Positions 41,501-51,694 of a stretch of DNA of 64,000 nt are shown piece after piece. Made by a program: the position numbers and the translations under genes. Location of the stretch: assembly GCA_001643675.2 (NCBI GenBank), contig LSRY02000018.1:744001-808000 (forward strand), in the 5' to 3' direction. The stretch comes from Monocercomonoides exilis PA203. Its lineage: Eukaryota > Protista > Preaxostyla. The notes beneath the pieces are model-generated. The model was given only the letters and a program-made list of their open reading frames with translations, was not told where the DNA came from and did no database searches. The stretch's first letter is position 1; each line of letters starts with the position of its first letter.

Positions 41501-44500
41501 GCGTCGGCGGCCTCTCCCACGTGATAGCCTCGCTTCACGAGATGGTCATTCTTCCTCTCCTTTTCCCTGGCCTGTTCACGCGCTTCCAGACACACCCGCC
41601 GCGAGGCGTGCTTTTGACTGGGCCGCCGGGGACAGGAAAGACGCTGACTGTGAGGGCATTGGCGTCTGCTTGCAACAATGCGTTTGGGTTTGCAGATGAG
41701 AAAGAGCTGAGGAGGAGAAGGAGGAAGAAGAGGAGGGAGGAAGAGGAGAAGGAAAGAAGGAGAGCGGAAGAAGAGGAAGAAGAAAAGAGGAAGAAGAAGG
41801 AAGAAGAGGAAAATGCAATGAATGAAAAGAATGTTGAAGCAAATTTATCAAAAACACCAGAAAAAGAGCAAAATGATGATAAAGAAGACATGACAACACA
41901 AAAGAAGGATAAAAAGCCTGCCGGCAAAAAGTCATCAAAAGGAAGGAAAAGCAAAATAATGAAAGCGCTTGAGAGGGAAAATGACAGAGCGAAAGAATCT
42001 TTCTCACTTCATTCAAAGCCGTTCCTTCATCCACACACACATCTTCCTACTTATTCTCTGATGGAGCCTTATTGTTCTCGAGCCATTGAAAAGTATTCAA
42101 AAACACATCATTTATCATCATCATCATCACATTCACATTCACAACATTCTTCTTCTTCTTCTTCTTCTTCTTTTATTTCCTCCTCCTTTTCCTCCTCTTC
42201 TTCATCCTCTCGTCCCATTCGCCCAATCTCCTTCTTCATGCGGAAAGGCGCCGATATCCTCTCCAAGTGGGTGGGCGAGACAGAACAGCAGCTGCGTCTT
42301 TTGTTTGAGGAAGCCAAACGCCAAGCTCCTTCCATCATCTTCTTCGACGAGCTCGACGGCCTTGCCCCTGTCCGCTCCTCCCGCCAAGACCACATCCACT
42401 CGTCAATTGTAGCCACACTGCTTTCTTTGATGGATGGATTGGACGATCGAGGCGCTGTTGTCGTGATTGCTGCCACCAACCGGCCAGACGCCATCGACCC
42501 CGCCCTCCGCAGGCCCGGCCGGTTTGACAGGGAGTTCCGCTTTACGCTCCCTTCAGAGGCAGAGCGGGTGGAGATTCTGAAGATCCACACGAAGGGGTGG
42601 AAGCCGCACAGGCCAAGCAGTTCTCTCCTGAGAGCAGTGGCAGCACGGACAGGCGGATGGGCAGGTGCTGATCTGCAGGCGTTGTGTGCGGAGACTCTGT
42701 TGAGAGCACTGAGGAGGACGCATCCGCATCTGTATGATTTCAGAGAGATGAGGAGAATGAAGGAGAAGGAGGAAGAGGAGAAGGGGAAGGTGGAGGAGGA
42801 GAAAGGAAGGAGGAAGATGGAGCATATAGAAGAGAAAATGGAGATGAATGAAGAAAAAGTTGGAGAAGAAATGAAAGAAGAAACAAAAAGGCATACTCAA
42901 ATAAACAGAGCAAATGAAAACGCAAGTGATTCTGCCTCACCAACAGAAGATGGACAACAAAATGAAATACCTCGTCCACTCTCTTCCTCTCATTCCGAAG
43001 TTGAGCATTCTTCTTCTTCTTCTTCTTCTTCTTTGAGTCTCTTTTCAGTTTCCCCTCAACCAACAGCTAAGCAATCATCATCTTCCCTTTTTTCTTCTTC
43101 TCTGTCTCCTTCAAGATCATCCACACCTTCTTCTTTCGATTCTATCTCTTCCACAATGCAATCCTTATCAACACCAACAAAAATACCAAACAGCATTCAC
43201 CCAACAAAAACACCTTCTCCAAGCAACAAATGCCAAAATCGCTTCATCAACAGCAAAAGCAGCAATAACAGCAAGCACCCGTCTGATTCTTCTCCTTTCT
43301 CTTTTCTTTTGGATTCCTCTCTGATCATCCCCACGCTTTCTGACTTCGAAGAGGCCATTTCTGACATCGTCCCTTCCTCTCAGCGCTCTTCAATGAACAT
43401 CGCACATCCAATCTCTCCTCTTCTCTTTCCTCTTCTCTCTGAAAATATCGCTTCTCTGTCTGAACTCCTCAAAATCACACTGCCTTCTCAAATGCAGTCA
43501 AGTAATCTGCTCAGCAACTTGTCAATAACCTCAAATTCTCCTTCGCCTTCTCCTTCGCCTTCACCTTCTCCGTTGTTTTCTTCCTCCTCCTCCTCCACTT
43601 CCTCTTCTCCTCCTCCTCATATCACTTATCAAACCTTGATTTATTCTAATACTTCAGCAACACTTTCAACCAGATCACTTTCTCCACATTCTCCTCCTCC
43701 GCATTCTCCTGCCAATTCTCTTCAGCCATTTCAACCTCTTCCTCGTTTCGACCTTTCATCGCTAACTTCCTTCTCGTCGCTTCTCTTTTCAAAACCTTCT
43801 GTTTCTTCTGATAGAAACACACTTCAACAAGGAAATGCTTCTTTCGATGCTTCAACAATACAACCATCCTCTTCTTCTTTTGACACATCTTCTTCTTCCA
43901 CCTCCTCTTCTCAATCGTCCTCTCCCTTCCATTTCCATCTTCCCCAGCCGCATCCTCCTCACCCACTTGACTTCTCCTTCTTCCCTCTTCCTCCTCCTTC
44001 CTCTTCTCTTCTGTCTCCGTCGTGTGTCCTCCTCTGCGGCAGCCCGCAAAACGGGCAGAACGAACTGAGCAGCCATCTCTTGCACCTCCTCAGCGAAGAA
44101 CGCACAATCCACAGCGCATCCCTCATCGCCCTCACAAATACGGATCAGTCACTTTCTGCTTCTGCTTCTTCCTCTTCCTCCTCCTCATCTGGTGGAGAAG
44201 GCAACCGATCAGCAGAGGAAGGGCTGAGTAAGATTCTTCTGCTGTGTGAGAGAGAGTTTCCGAGTGTGCTGCATATTCCGCGCATTGAGCTGTGGTGGGC
44301 GAATGCGACAGATGCGATGAAGGCGATGCTCATCCAGGCGATCAACAGCACCTGCCACGAAGAGGCAGAAGTGAAGAGGAGGAACAAGATGTCTTCATTG
44401 TGGGAGAACAGAAAAAAGGGAGGGAATGAAGCGAAACGCAAAAGAAATGAGCAACAAACTGATGATAGAACGCAAATACAGTCGAAATCGCCTTTTGATT

Positions 44501-46920
44501 CGCAGAAAAAGCGAAAGAGGGTACCCAAAATATTATTTCTCTTCACATCTGACTGTCTTCCAGAGGAGCTGCCGAATGCAGTTGTTAATCTTTTGTCCTC
44601 GACTTCGATGTTTCCTTCATCAAAGGTGGCATCTTTGACAGGAACAGCCTCGAAAAAGAAGCAGCTTTTGATGAACTTCACCTCTGCTTTCTCAGCATCT
44701 GGCACGCATATTCCTGCTGCTTTATCTCCACCTTTTTCTTCTTCTTCCTCTTCTTCTTCTTCCGCTTCTTCTTCTTCCGCTTCTTCTTCACTTTCTTCAG
44801 TTGTTGCTCCATCCACTTCAACATCTGCAACGCCAATAACATCATCTTCTTCATTTCCATCTTCTCCTTCTCATTCTCCTTCTCCAACTTCTTCTCCTTT
44901 CACATCATCCAAATCGATTTCGTGCACTCTGTTTAATCTGACTGCTGTTGTTGTTCTGTCGCCTCCTTCTTCTGATTCACTTGAGCACTTCTTCTTTGGC
45001 CTCATCATCAAAACACTTGAATCACTTGTCGCCAGAAACTCTGTGAAAATCATGTTGGACGAAGAAATGGAGTGTTTAGAGGGAATAAAAGGAAACAATG
45101 CAGCGAATAAAGTCGCATCTTATAGCAATTCTTTGGATGCTGCCCAGCACAAAGCAATATTTGATTCGGTGTTCCGTTCAGAATCAGTGGAAAAAGAAAG
45201 CAGTAAAGCGGAAATGGAAGATGACGATGAAGAAATGTCTTCTTTATCTTCTGCTTCTGCTTCTTTTTCCACTTCATCATCATCTTCTTCATCTTCATCT
45301 TCATCTTCTTCATCCTCCTCATCTTCTTCTGGATGCTCCTCAGCCTCTTCGTATTTCATGCACAGTGCAGTTGTGAAGGAGGCATCGTATCTTCGCGAGC
45401 TGCGCATTCTTCTCCACACAGCCGTCTCAAAGGCCATCCGCAGCAACAGACTGAAAAACTTCGATGCGCAGGCATCGGAGATATTCTGGTACAAGAGCGA
45501 GAGAGAAGCAGAAGAAGAGGCTGAGAGGGAGAAGGAGAAAGTTAGAGAGGAAGAAAGAGAGAGGAGGAGAAGCGAAATGAGCCTGTCAAAATACACTTCT
45601 CCATCACGTGACAACCGCAGCAGCAAGAAAGGGAAGAAGAGGTCGCTTAGAAATTCGTCTGGTTCTGAAGCTCTTTTGGAGGCTAATGACTTAGTTGACA
45701 ACCAAACACAAATGGACTCTTCTTCTTCTAATCAAGAACAACAGCAAAGCAACGAAGGAATGCAAAGCACAGAACAAAATGACAACGCTTCTGCATCTTC
45801 GCTTTCGTATTCCATCACAAATGTTGAAGTTCCTGAATCATCTTCGATGCCATCTTCTTTTATGCACAATCCATACGGTTATTCTCTTCAGTTGTCTACC
45901 TCCTCCTCCTCTTCTTCTTCTCTTGATTCATCCTCACAACAAGCCCCCAGCTCTCATCGTCCTCCTCTTCTTCTCCAAGAGCTGATGGAAGCAATTGACG
46001 ACAACCGCTTTTTGGATGTCCCCTCTTTCATTGCAGCTGTCTACACCATTCGCACTGCTGTTGACTCAGTTGCACGTGGAATATCCCTTCCATTTGTTCA
46101 GTATCCTTCTGATGCAGCTGACAGAGCGAGGCAAAAGAGCGATGCACGCAATTTCTTATGGAAAGCATCAGATTTGGTGGATTTCTTTGAGAACGAGGCG
46201 GAGCTGTTCAACCAGAAAGTGGTGAAGAAGTGTGCGTTGTATCAGAGGAGGAGAGCAACACGGGTGGAAAGACAGAAGCAGAGGGAGGTCAGAAGAATTG
46301 AGAGAAAGAAAGAGAAGGAAGAGAGGAGAAAAGAGAGGGCCATTCAAAGGAAAGTGCGTGAAGAAGAAAAGAAGAAAGCGAAGTTGGAGACGAAGGAGAT
46401 GAAAAGAAAGGAAAAAATTGCAAGCCGATTTCGAAGACTACACAATCGCTTGCTGAGCAGTTTGTCTGCAAATTCAGAAATAAGCATTCCGACAGAAAAA
46501 GAGCTGGGGTTTGAGATTCCATCGTTTCTTCTCTCTTTTGCTGCACTTTTCAGCTCAGCTGCGAAAAGATGGAGTGAATTGCTTTCTCCGTTGCATTTGT
46601 CGTTCTCAGCTGTTGTGCGAATCGGAAGGGCAGCGGCAGACGATGCAGAAGCAGCAATTTCAGAGTGGATTGGCCAGCAGACATCATCTGAGACTTACGG
46701 AAGAAGTGCGAATGAGATGAAAATTGAAGATGCAAGTGATAATGAAACAAGAATGAGAACAGAAAATGCAAGTTTTGTTGGAAATAGCATTGCGAGTGGT
46801 AGGCAATGTGAATTGAATAGCAAAGAGGAGAATTCAAAATCTGTTCCGATTGCGTTTGTTGCCCATTTAGCTGCCATTCAAATGGATAGGTTTATCAGAG
46901 AATCTTTGTCATTTCGATGA
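38560..46920 (+). CDS. ATAD2: ATAD2/Yta7/Abo1-family AAA+ histone chaperone
   Basis: [124 protein letters not shown], degenerate AAA2 (PSVLHIPRIELWW), and bromodomain-like helices after LRELRI. An upstream short exon is possible. Confidence 0.95.
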   Translation: MPKAKQKRIVISRKKGVLEQLLQKEELETSKGDAMMQGNDVSEEEFPEYEDSSEMSSVVSDSSLFEKSPSKSNSEQEHPSMLKDEESKEIQTRKLSMKNGLLERNSSNSNDSDHDDEHNGSSQSDDFLSAVEENNPEEQNSLSSETLPVDKKVIDIENEEVSETDAPTTSPVLSSPYLTVGRLDSFLDPPLVKRLGGARLRIQLKKTNRTAFRNRLVQKTEEDSNIEREEEEKKEEEPKEENEEEVEEGNEINTSKVTSTNEDEDEEDEKEEEEREEKEKEEEEGDLQSNETAQHSESEAEAAAEAEESEEEEKNEIEENTSASEEYDNHGHLHRRMNLRKRGREFRSFLSDIAHNASFEDEDEMLGAATTTPKRKRRSFFQRNPDFQEDISDQDEQEEQDEQEDLQRQANRSKYTLRSAAPKSYHSYSHTRSRSPSSPSSSFTSFSSASPSRYSSRSSTRANTSPSSKTSPFTKRNLRSHQNTFEQRYPSRRHVPTQHYSPNSEEERKQPRNSSAKVYETRRRGHFSSSENEENEENEENEENGGERRGGYQLRERPPKLFDLGEVFRHEGNWRSDKSPKKERRNLRSEKREEREERGERGEREEGAEEEGRRPSRMAMEEAMIRMRLQEEDDEIEENEENEEDMKREKGRSRRRKSSGRGEEDAEEEEDDEANSNRSGRRRRGRRGKRRRSCESDESDAEDEDEDDDDEVGKGNDKDGSYELSREDEGDEEEEEEEGSSGASGTEFTSEEERMMMKKKNTHVYPFRDRSGISKTGGANQSMNGITNSSSSSSSSSSSYSSMLRKKSSTSSSSNYVPRPPELRNSSSNSHRSSRNKRLRHQNHRRFNEEEEDDDDEDDDENSNNEHSHKRKHHRHRHHHHRNSSDNSSDSNNGSNRNSSSDSSSSPPNSSSSDSHRSHSHSHSSSSEQSSHKHHHKHHQNSKHNTSSSHPSSSSSSSSSSKNKRADIHPVRIDSSITFDSVGGLSHVIASLHEMVILPLLFPGLFTRFQTHPPRGVLLTGPPGTGKTLTVRALASACNNAFGFADEKELRRRRRKKRREEEEKERRRAEEEEEEKRKKKEEEENAMNEKNVEANLSKTPEKEQNDDKEDMTTQKKDKKPAGKKSSKGRKSKIMKALERENDRAKESFSLHSKPFLHPHTHLPTYSLMEPYCSRAIEKYSKTHHLSSSSSHSHSQHSSSSSSSSFISSSFSSSSSSSRPIRPISFFMRKGADILSKWVGETEQQLRLLFEEAKRQAPSIIFFDELDGLAPVRSSRQDHIHSSIVATLLSLMDGLDDRGAVVVIAATNRPDAIDPALRRPGRFDREFRFTLPSEAERVEILKIHTKGWKPHRPSSSLLRAVAARTGGWAGADLQALCAETLLRALRRTHPHLYDFREMRRMKEKEEEEKGKVEEEKGRRKMEHIEEKMEMNEEKVGEEMKEETKRHTQINRANENASDSASPTEDGQQNEIPRPLSSSHSEVEHSSSSSSSSLSLFSVSPQPTAKQSSSSLFSSSLSPSRSSTPSSFDSISSTMQSLSTPTKIPNSIHPTKTPSPSNKCQNRFINSKSSNNSKHPSDSSPFSFLLDSSLIIPTLSDFEEAISDIVPSSQRSSMNIAHPISPLLFPLLSENIASLSELLKITLPSQMQSSNLLSNLSITSNSPSPSPSPSPSPLFSSSSSSTSSSPPPHITYQTLIYSNTSATLSTRSLSPHSPPPHSPANSLQPFQPLPRFDLSSLTSFSSLLFSKPSVSSDRNTLQQGNASFDASTIQPSSSSFDTSSSSTSSSQSSSPFHFHLPQPHPPHPLDFSFFPLPPPSSSLLSPSCVLLCGSPQNGQNELSSHLLHLLSEERTIHSASLIALTNTDQSLSASASSSSSSSSGGEGNRSAEEGLSKILLLCEREFPSVLHIPRIELWWANATDAMKAMLIQAINSTCHEEAEVKRRNKMSSLWENRKKGGNEAKRKRNEQQTDDRTQIQSKSPFDSQKKRKRVPKILFLFTSDCLPEELPNAVVNLLSSTSMFPSSKVASLTGTASKKKQLLMNFTSAFSASGTHIPAALSPPFSSSSSSSSSASSSSASSSLSSVVAPSTSTSATPITSSSSFPSSPSHSPSPTSSPFTSSKSISCTLFNLTAVVVLSPPSSDSLEHFFFGLIIKTLESLVARNSVKIMLDEEMECLEGIKGNNAANKVASYSNSLDAAQHKAIFDSVFRSESVEKESSKAEMEDDDEEMSSLSSASASFSTSSSSSSSSSSSSSSSSSSSGCSSASSYFMHSAVVKEASYLRELRILLHTAVSKAIRSNRLKNFDAQASEIFWYKSEREAEEEAEREKEKVREEERERRRSEMSLSKYTSPSRDNRSSKKGKKRSLRNSSGSEALLEANDLVDNQTQMDSSSSNQEQQQSNEGMQSTEQNDNASASSLSYSITNVEVPESSSMPSSFMHNPYGYSLQLSTSSSSSSSLDSSSQQAPSSHRPPLLLQELMEAIDDNRFLDVPSFIAAVYTIRTAVDSVARGISLPFVQYPSDAADRARQKSDARNFLWKASDLVDFFENEAELFNQKVVKKCALYQRRRATRVERQKQREVRRIERKKEKEERRKERAIQRKVREEEKKKAKLETKEMKRKEKIASRFRRLHNRLLSSLSANSEISIPTEKELGFEIPSFLLSFAALFSSAAKRWSELLSPLHLSFSAVVRIGRAAADDAEAAISEWIGQQTSSETYGRSANEMKIEDASDNETRMRTENASFVGNSIASGRQCELNSKEENSKSVPIAFVAHLAAIQMDRFIRESLSFR

Positions 46921-47528
46921 ATAATGAAAATGTTGCGAAATGATGCAAAATGAAGAAAATTTCTTTGACATATTTGATCATTCATTTTAATAAAATTTTA
47001 GATTTTTGCAATTATTTTGTGGTGATTTCTCTTTTTGGAAATTTTAATAACATAATTATCTGTTTCAGTTAATATTTTTCACCAAAATGAAATTTAATTC
47101 ATTATATCTTCAGGTCTCTTGTACAAATTATTTCATTTTTATGTTTACCATTTATTTTCTCTTTATCTTTTTTATAAACTTTTTTCCCAGATTTTTTGAT
47201 TTTTAACAAAAATAAAACGTTATTTTTGACTTATTGTACCAATTTGAGCAAACTTGGGGATGGGAAGTGAAAAATGTTCAATTTCATGAAAAAACACAAT
47301 GAAATAGAGGTGATGGAGGGGAAAAAAGTGATTCAAATAACATCAAAAAGTTTTGCAAATAAAAACAGCATTCCTTTAGAAATGCTAATTTAATACAAAA
47401 TTTTTTGAATAAAAACATTTTTGACTTGAATTATCATCATCAACAATTCAGCTCAAAGCATCTTTTCCTTAAATCTCCTATTTTTTCTTCTCTCTTTCAA
47501 ATTTCTCTAAACTAAAATTACCTTCCAT

Positions 47529-48279
47529 TCACAAACTCATTGCGTCTTCTCTTCCACCCAACACAATCTGTGTCAAATGAAATTCTCCTTTTGTTTGGTC
47601 TCTCTTCAGCAGCTGCCTCTCATTCAGCGTTTTTCTCTCTATCTGAACAGAATCTGTGTGATCGTCTAGACTCATCATTGGAAAACACGAAAATGGCATG
47701 GCTTCTTCTGGTGAGTACATTTCTTGTTCATCTGCTACCACTTCTGCTTCTTTCAAACTTGATTCATCTTCATCACAACTGTCATTTGTGTATTTTTCAA
47801 AATTCTGTTCTTTTTTCTCGTCTTCTGTTGATATTCTTTGAGAATGTGGCATTTTTTCATTTATTGCTGCTTCTTTAAGACTTGTTTTGTCACTTATTGG
47901 TAAGCACAAACATGTCATTTTGCAATCCGACAAGTTTTGCGTATATGCAGCTGTTGAAGAAGTTGGCAACACAGAAGAAAATTCAATGTTTTGTAGAGGC
48001 TTTTCAGAAAGTGGCAAAGGAGGGGAAATTATTGTTGAAATGTGACGTGCAGAAAGTAAATCTGAATCTGGATAAGAATCTGAAGAAGAAGAAGATGAAG
48101 AAGAGGAGGAGGAGGAGGAGGAGGAGGAGGAGGAGGAGGAGGAAGAAGAAGAAGAAGAAGAAGAAGAAGAAGAAGAAGAAAAAGAAGAAGAAGAAGAAGA
48201 AGAAGAAGAAGAAGAAGAAGAAGAAGAAGAAGAAAAAGAAGAAGAAGAAGAAGAAGAAGAAGAAGAAGAAAAAGAAGAA

Positions 48280-48321
<42 letters not shown>

Positions 48322-49678
48322 GGAGATGAAGGAGATGAAGAACGGGATGAATCATGAGGAAAAGCATGAAGTGTTTGTTGTGACGTGGAAGGCTGAAGGA
48401 TTGGCTGAGAAGAAGACGAAGTGGCTGTAGCATTTAGTATTGCATTCGATGTCATTGGCAAAGGAAATGTTGAATCAGGCGAGGAAGGAGAAGACGATGT
48501 AAGCGATTGCAATTCCGATTTAGAAATTGCAGTTGGTGAAGATAAAGGAAAAGAGGATAAGTAAATTGAGGAAGAGGATGAGGAAGAGGATGAGGAGGAG
48601 GAGGATGAGGAGGAGGAGGAGGATGATGAGGAGGAGGAGGATGATGAGGAGGAGGAGGAAGAAGAAGAAGAAGAAGAAGCTGACGCCAAGGGAGCTGATT
48701 CAACCTTTTCAATTCCGTCGCTCAGGACAAAAAAAAGTACATCTCCATCTTCAACGAGGGCAACAGCCAACGAAGATGCTTCTGGAATAAGAGAGAGGAG
48801 AAAGCGGACAGCCAGCGGAGATGGGAATCCGTCTGAGGGACTGCCAAACAGATGCAAAGTCAATAAAATTCCAGGGGGAAAAAAATATCGAATTTTCATT
48901 TATAAATTATTTGTTTATTTTTTACAAAAAAGCCAAACGTTGCAATAAAGACAACAAAATCAGGCGCAATTAATTGTGGGCATGGATGAAATTTCATGTC
49001 TTTATTGTTTATTTTCCTTCCTTTTTGATCGGCATCAGATTTGTTCTGATTCAATTTGGTATCTTCGTCAATGAATACAGAGGATGATTGAAATGAAGAT
49101 TGTTGTTCATTGTTGCGGGATTTTTCTTTGCTTTCGCATATTTTTGTATATTGAACCAAAGATTTTTTGAAGGTTGGCAAAGGCTTATAAACAGAAAAAG
49201 CAAAAAGCTTGTTATAATTTGAAAAGGGTTCTGGAATTGTTTCTGTAGGATCCAAATAAAACCTGAAAACAAAATGCCCTGAATCGCGAAGATAAGAATA
49301 CACTATCCATTGCTGAATTGAAATGGCATTCGGCAGCGATTGATATGTGGTAAATAACTTGTTGAATGAGAAAAAATTAGTCAAGTTTTCGTCCTCTTGA
49401 TGAGCAAGTGAAATGTTCGCAATTTTTAACATTCCACGTTGAATCAAGTATCTTTTAAAACAATTTTATTTCAAAGAAAAACAAATGAATGCATACAGGC
49501 TTTCTTCTTGTGAAAAAAAAATCGAAGATTGCTCTATTTCCTCAATTTTTATGACTTCTGTGCGAGCACATTCTGGAAGGTGTGAAAAGTTTATTCCGTA
49601 TGACCTTGTAGCGTTTCCTTTTGGATGTTTAACTTCCACAGACAAGTGGTTAGAATAGTTGCAGAGCTTTCCAAGCAT
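47529..49678 (-). CDS. SEN54: tRNA-splicing endonuclease non-catalytic subunit Sen54 with a poly-Ser C-terminal extension
   Basis: Three exons: VEVKHPKG...FSQEESL|YLIQRGML, WIVYSYLRDSGHFVFR, FSVYKPLPTFKKS, PDFVVFI|ATPSDGFPS, AVALVEDGDVLFF. These are the characteristic Sen54 blocks. Confidence 0.85.
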
Positions 49679-49949
49679 ACTAAAAAAATTTTTTTGAAAA
49701 TTGATTATTTCAGACCAATTCCAATTCAATGAAATTAAACTCAAAAAAGAAATCAATTCTATGTAATAATTTAAAAAACTTATCACAATGAATTTTTAAA
49801 TAATCAAATTAAAAGTGGTTTTTTGTGAATTGTTCATTTATGAATTTATTCTGGAATGATCAAAAGATTAACAAAAATGAATGTTTTTTTATGTTGGAAA
49901 TAAAAACTCAGTAAGTTTAAAAGATTGAAATTCTTTTTCATTCATAAGT

Positions 49950-51200
49950 CATGCTTTTTTGGATTGTTCTGTCAGTTCTCTTCTAAAATTGAATATGCAT
50001 GTGTCTAATTTAGAGAAGGCATTGATTTATTCCATTTCAATTTGTTAAATATGTGTGAAGAGTTGCTTCTTCTGATATCTTCTTAAAGTTCTTATCCGTT
50101 GTCGTTCGCTTGGATGTTCAAAGACTTTTAAATTTGGAAAATATGTCTTGAAAGTGTTTCAAAAAAAATAATCATCATCAACGAAAAATGCAAACAAAAA
50201 AATGGAGTCACTTGAATTTTTTACTATAAACACAAAAAATGAAGCATCTTCACCAACTATAAACTTGAAAAAAAAAAATGAGTTTTTGCTGAATCTTGCA
50301 GAAAAGTTGAAAGAATGAACATGGAATGGAATTGATAGATACTGAAGCTTCTCTATTGTTGCGCGTCTCAAGCGAATCTGTATCAAACAAGCTGTTATCA
50401 ATTGCAACAACTGTGCTTGTGAATGGAGTAGAAAATGTTGATTTATTGAATATGACAAATATGTGAATATGATTGAAGGAGTGTTCAAATAGAAAGACGA
50501 AATCGATTCTGATGAGGCATTGCAGCGTTGCATCACGAACACAAACATGGAAATGCTAATTCAACAAGCAAATCAACAACAAAAAGAAAATGAAATGATT
50601 GAAGAAATGTTCAAAAAGTCACAACATCATTAAAATGAGGGATTGTGGGTGTGCGATGTTGATGCGGATAACAAAGAGATCAGTAAAATGTCAAAGTTTG
50701 ATGGCATCAATACAAAAGAAGTCAATGGGATGAACAAATATGATTGTTTCCCTTTTCATTCCTTTTTGCGACAATTCGCTAATCAGAAGAATTAGTTTCA
50801 GCAAAGCATCACCCTTGTTTCCTTTTCTCATCTCAGCGACAAAGTCATCTTTTCCATCTTCCTCTCTCCATTTCATTTCACCTGAAATCAAATGGATTTT
50901 CTTTTCCAAATGTGTTTGAAAAGAGTCACAAAAAAGGAGTGAGCATCAGCTTCTGCTGATAACTCCACCAAACAAAGAACTTGGCTGCCTCATTTTTGGA
51001 ACTGACAAACTGCAATTTTCAATTAACGATCTCTTTCTTGATGTTTGATGTTGTTTGTGCAAGCAGTGCGTTTTGTCATGTTCCTTTTCCATCAAGCCCA
51101 ATTTGGTTTTTTGATAGTCTTCATATTCTTTTGAGATGATTTGCAAACGCTTTTGTGAGCATTCTTTTGCGATTCAGCACACTCCTTGAATCATCTAGAA
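49950..51200. other. Probable decayed coding fragments, unassigned
   Basis: GC content above the intergenic background, with short interrupted frames on both strands. No recognisable family. Confidence 0.3.
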
Positions 51201-51694
51201 ACAGATGCAAATAATGAAAATGTGTTCAAAAAAAAAATTAAATAATTCATGATTTTGTTCAGTGTACAAATTTTCTTAACTTCAAAGCAACGGGTCCACT
51301 CTCTTCCAAGATTTTGATTGTTCATTATTTTCATTTTGAAATACATGACTGAATTTCTGATTTGGAAATTGTTGCTTCTTGAAGCATTGCGAATCAAAAG
51401 TTGTTTTCCATTTCATGATTTTGAGTAATTATAGGTTCGATCAAAAAGAAACAAAAGATTGGCATATCTTGGCTTCCACCGCCAAGTCAAGTTTTTTCTT
51501 TGCCGTTTCCATTTCTTGACAAGTTTTTGTGTGGTGAATCAATTAGGATTAACAAAATATCCTTTTCATTTAGCAAAGGTAATTAACAATATTTGTTTAT
51601 TTTTCAGCAATCTCTCTTTTTTCAACCATAAAAATTTTTATGACCTAAAATAATAATTATAATAATTCGCGGAATGATTGTTTGCAAAGATAGA

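Noticed and set aside
50630-50690. GLWVCDVD resembling a primase-polymerase motif of Polinton-like elements
   Set aside because: An isolated 8-residue match among stop codons, with no helicase, polymerase or capsid remnants nearby.
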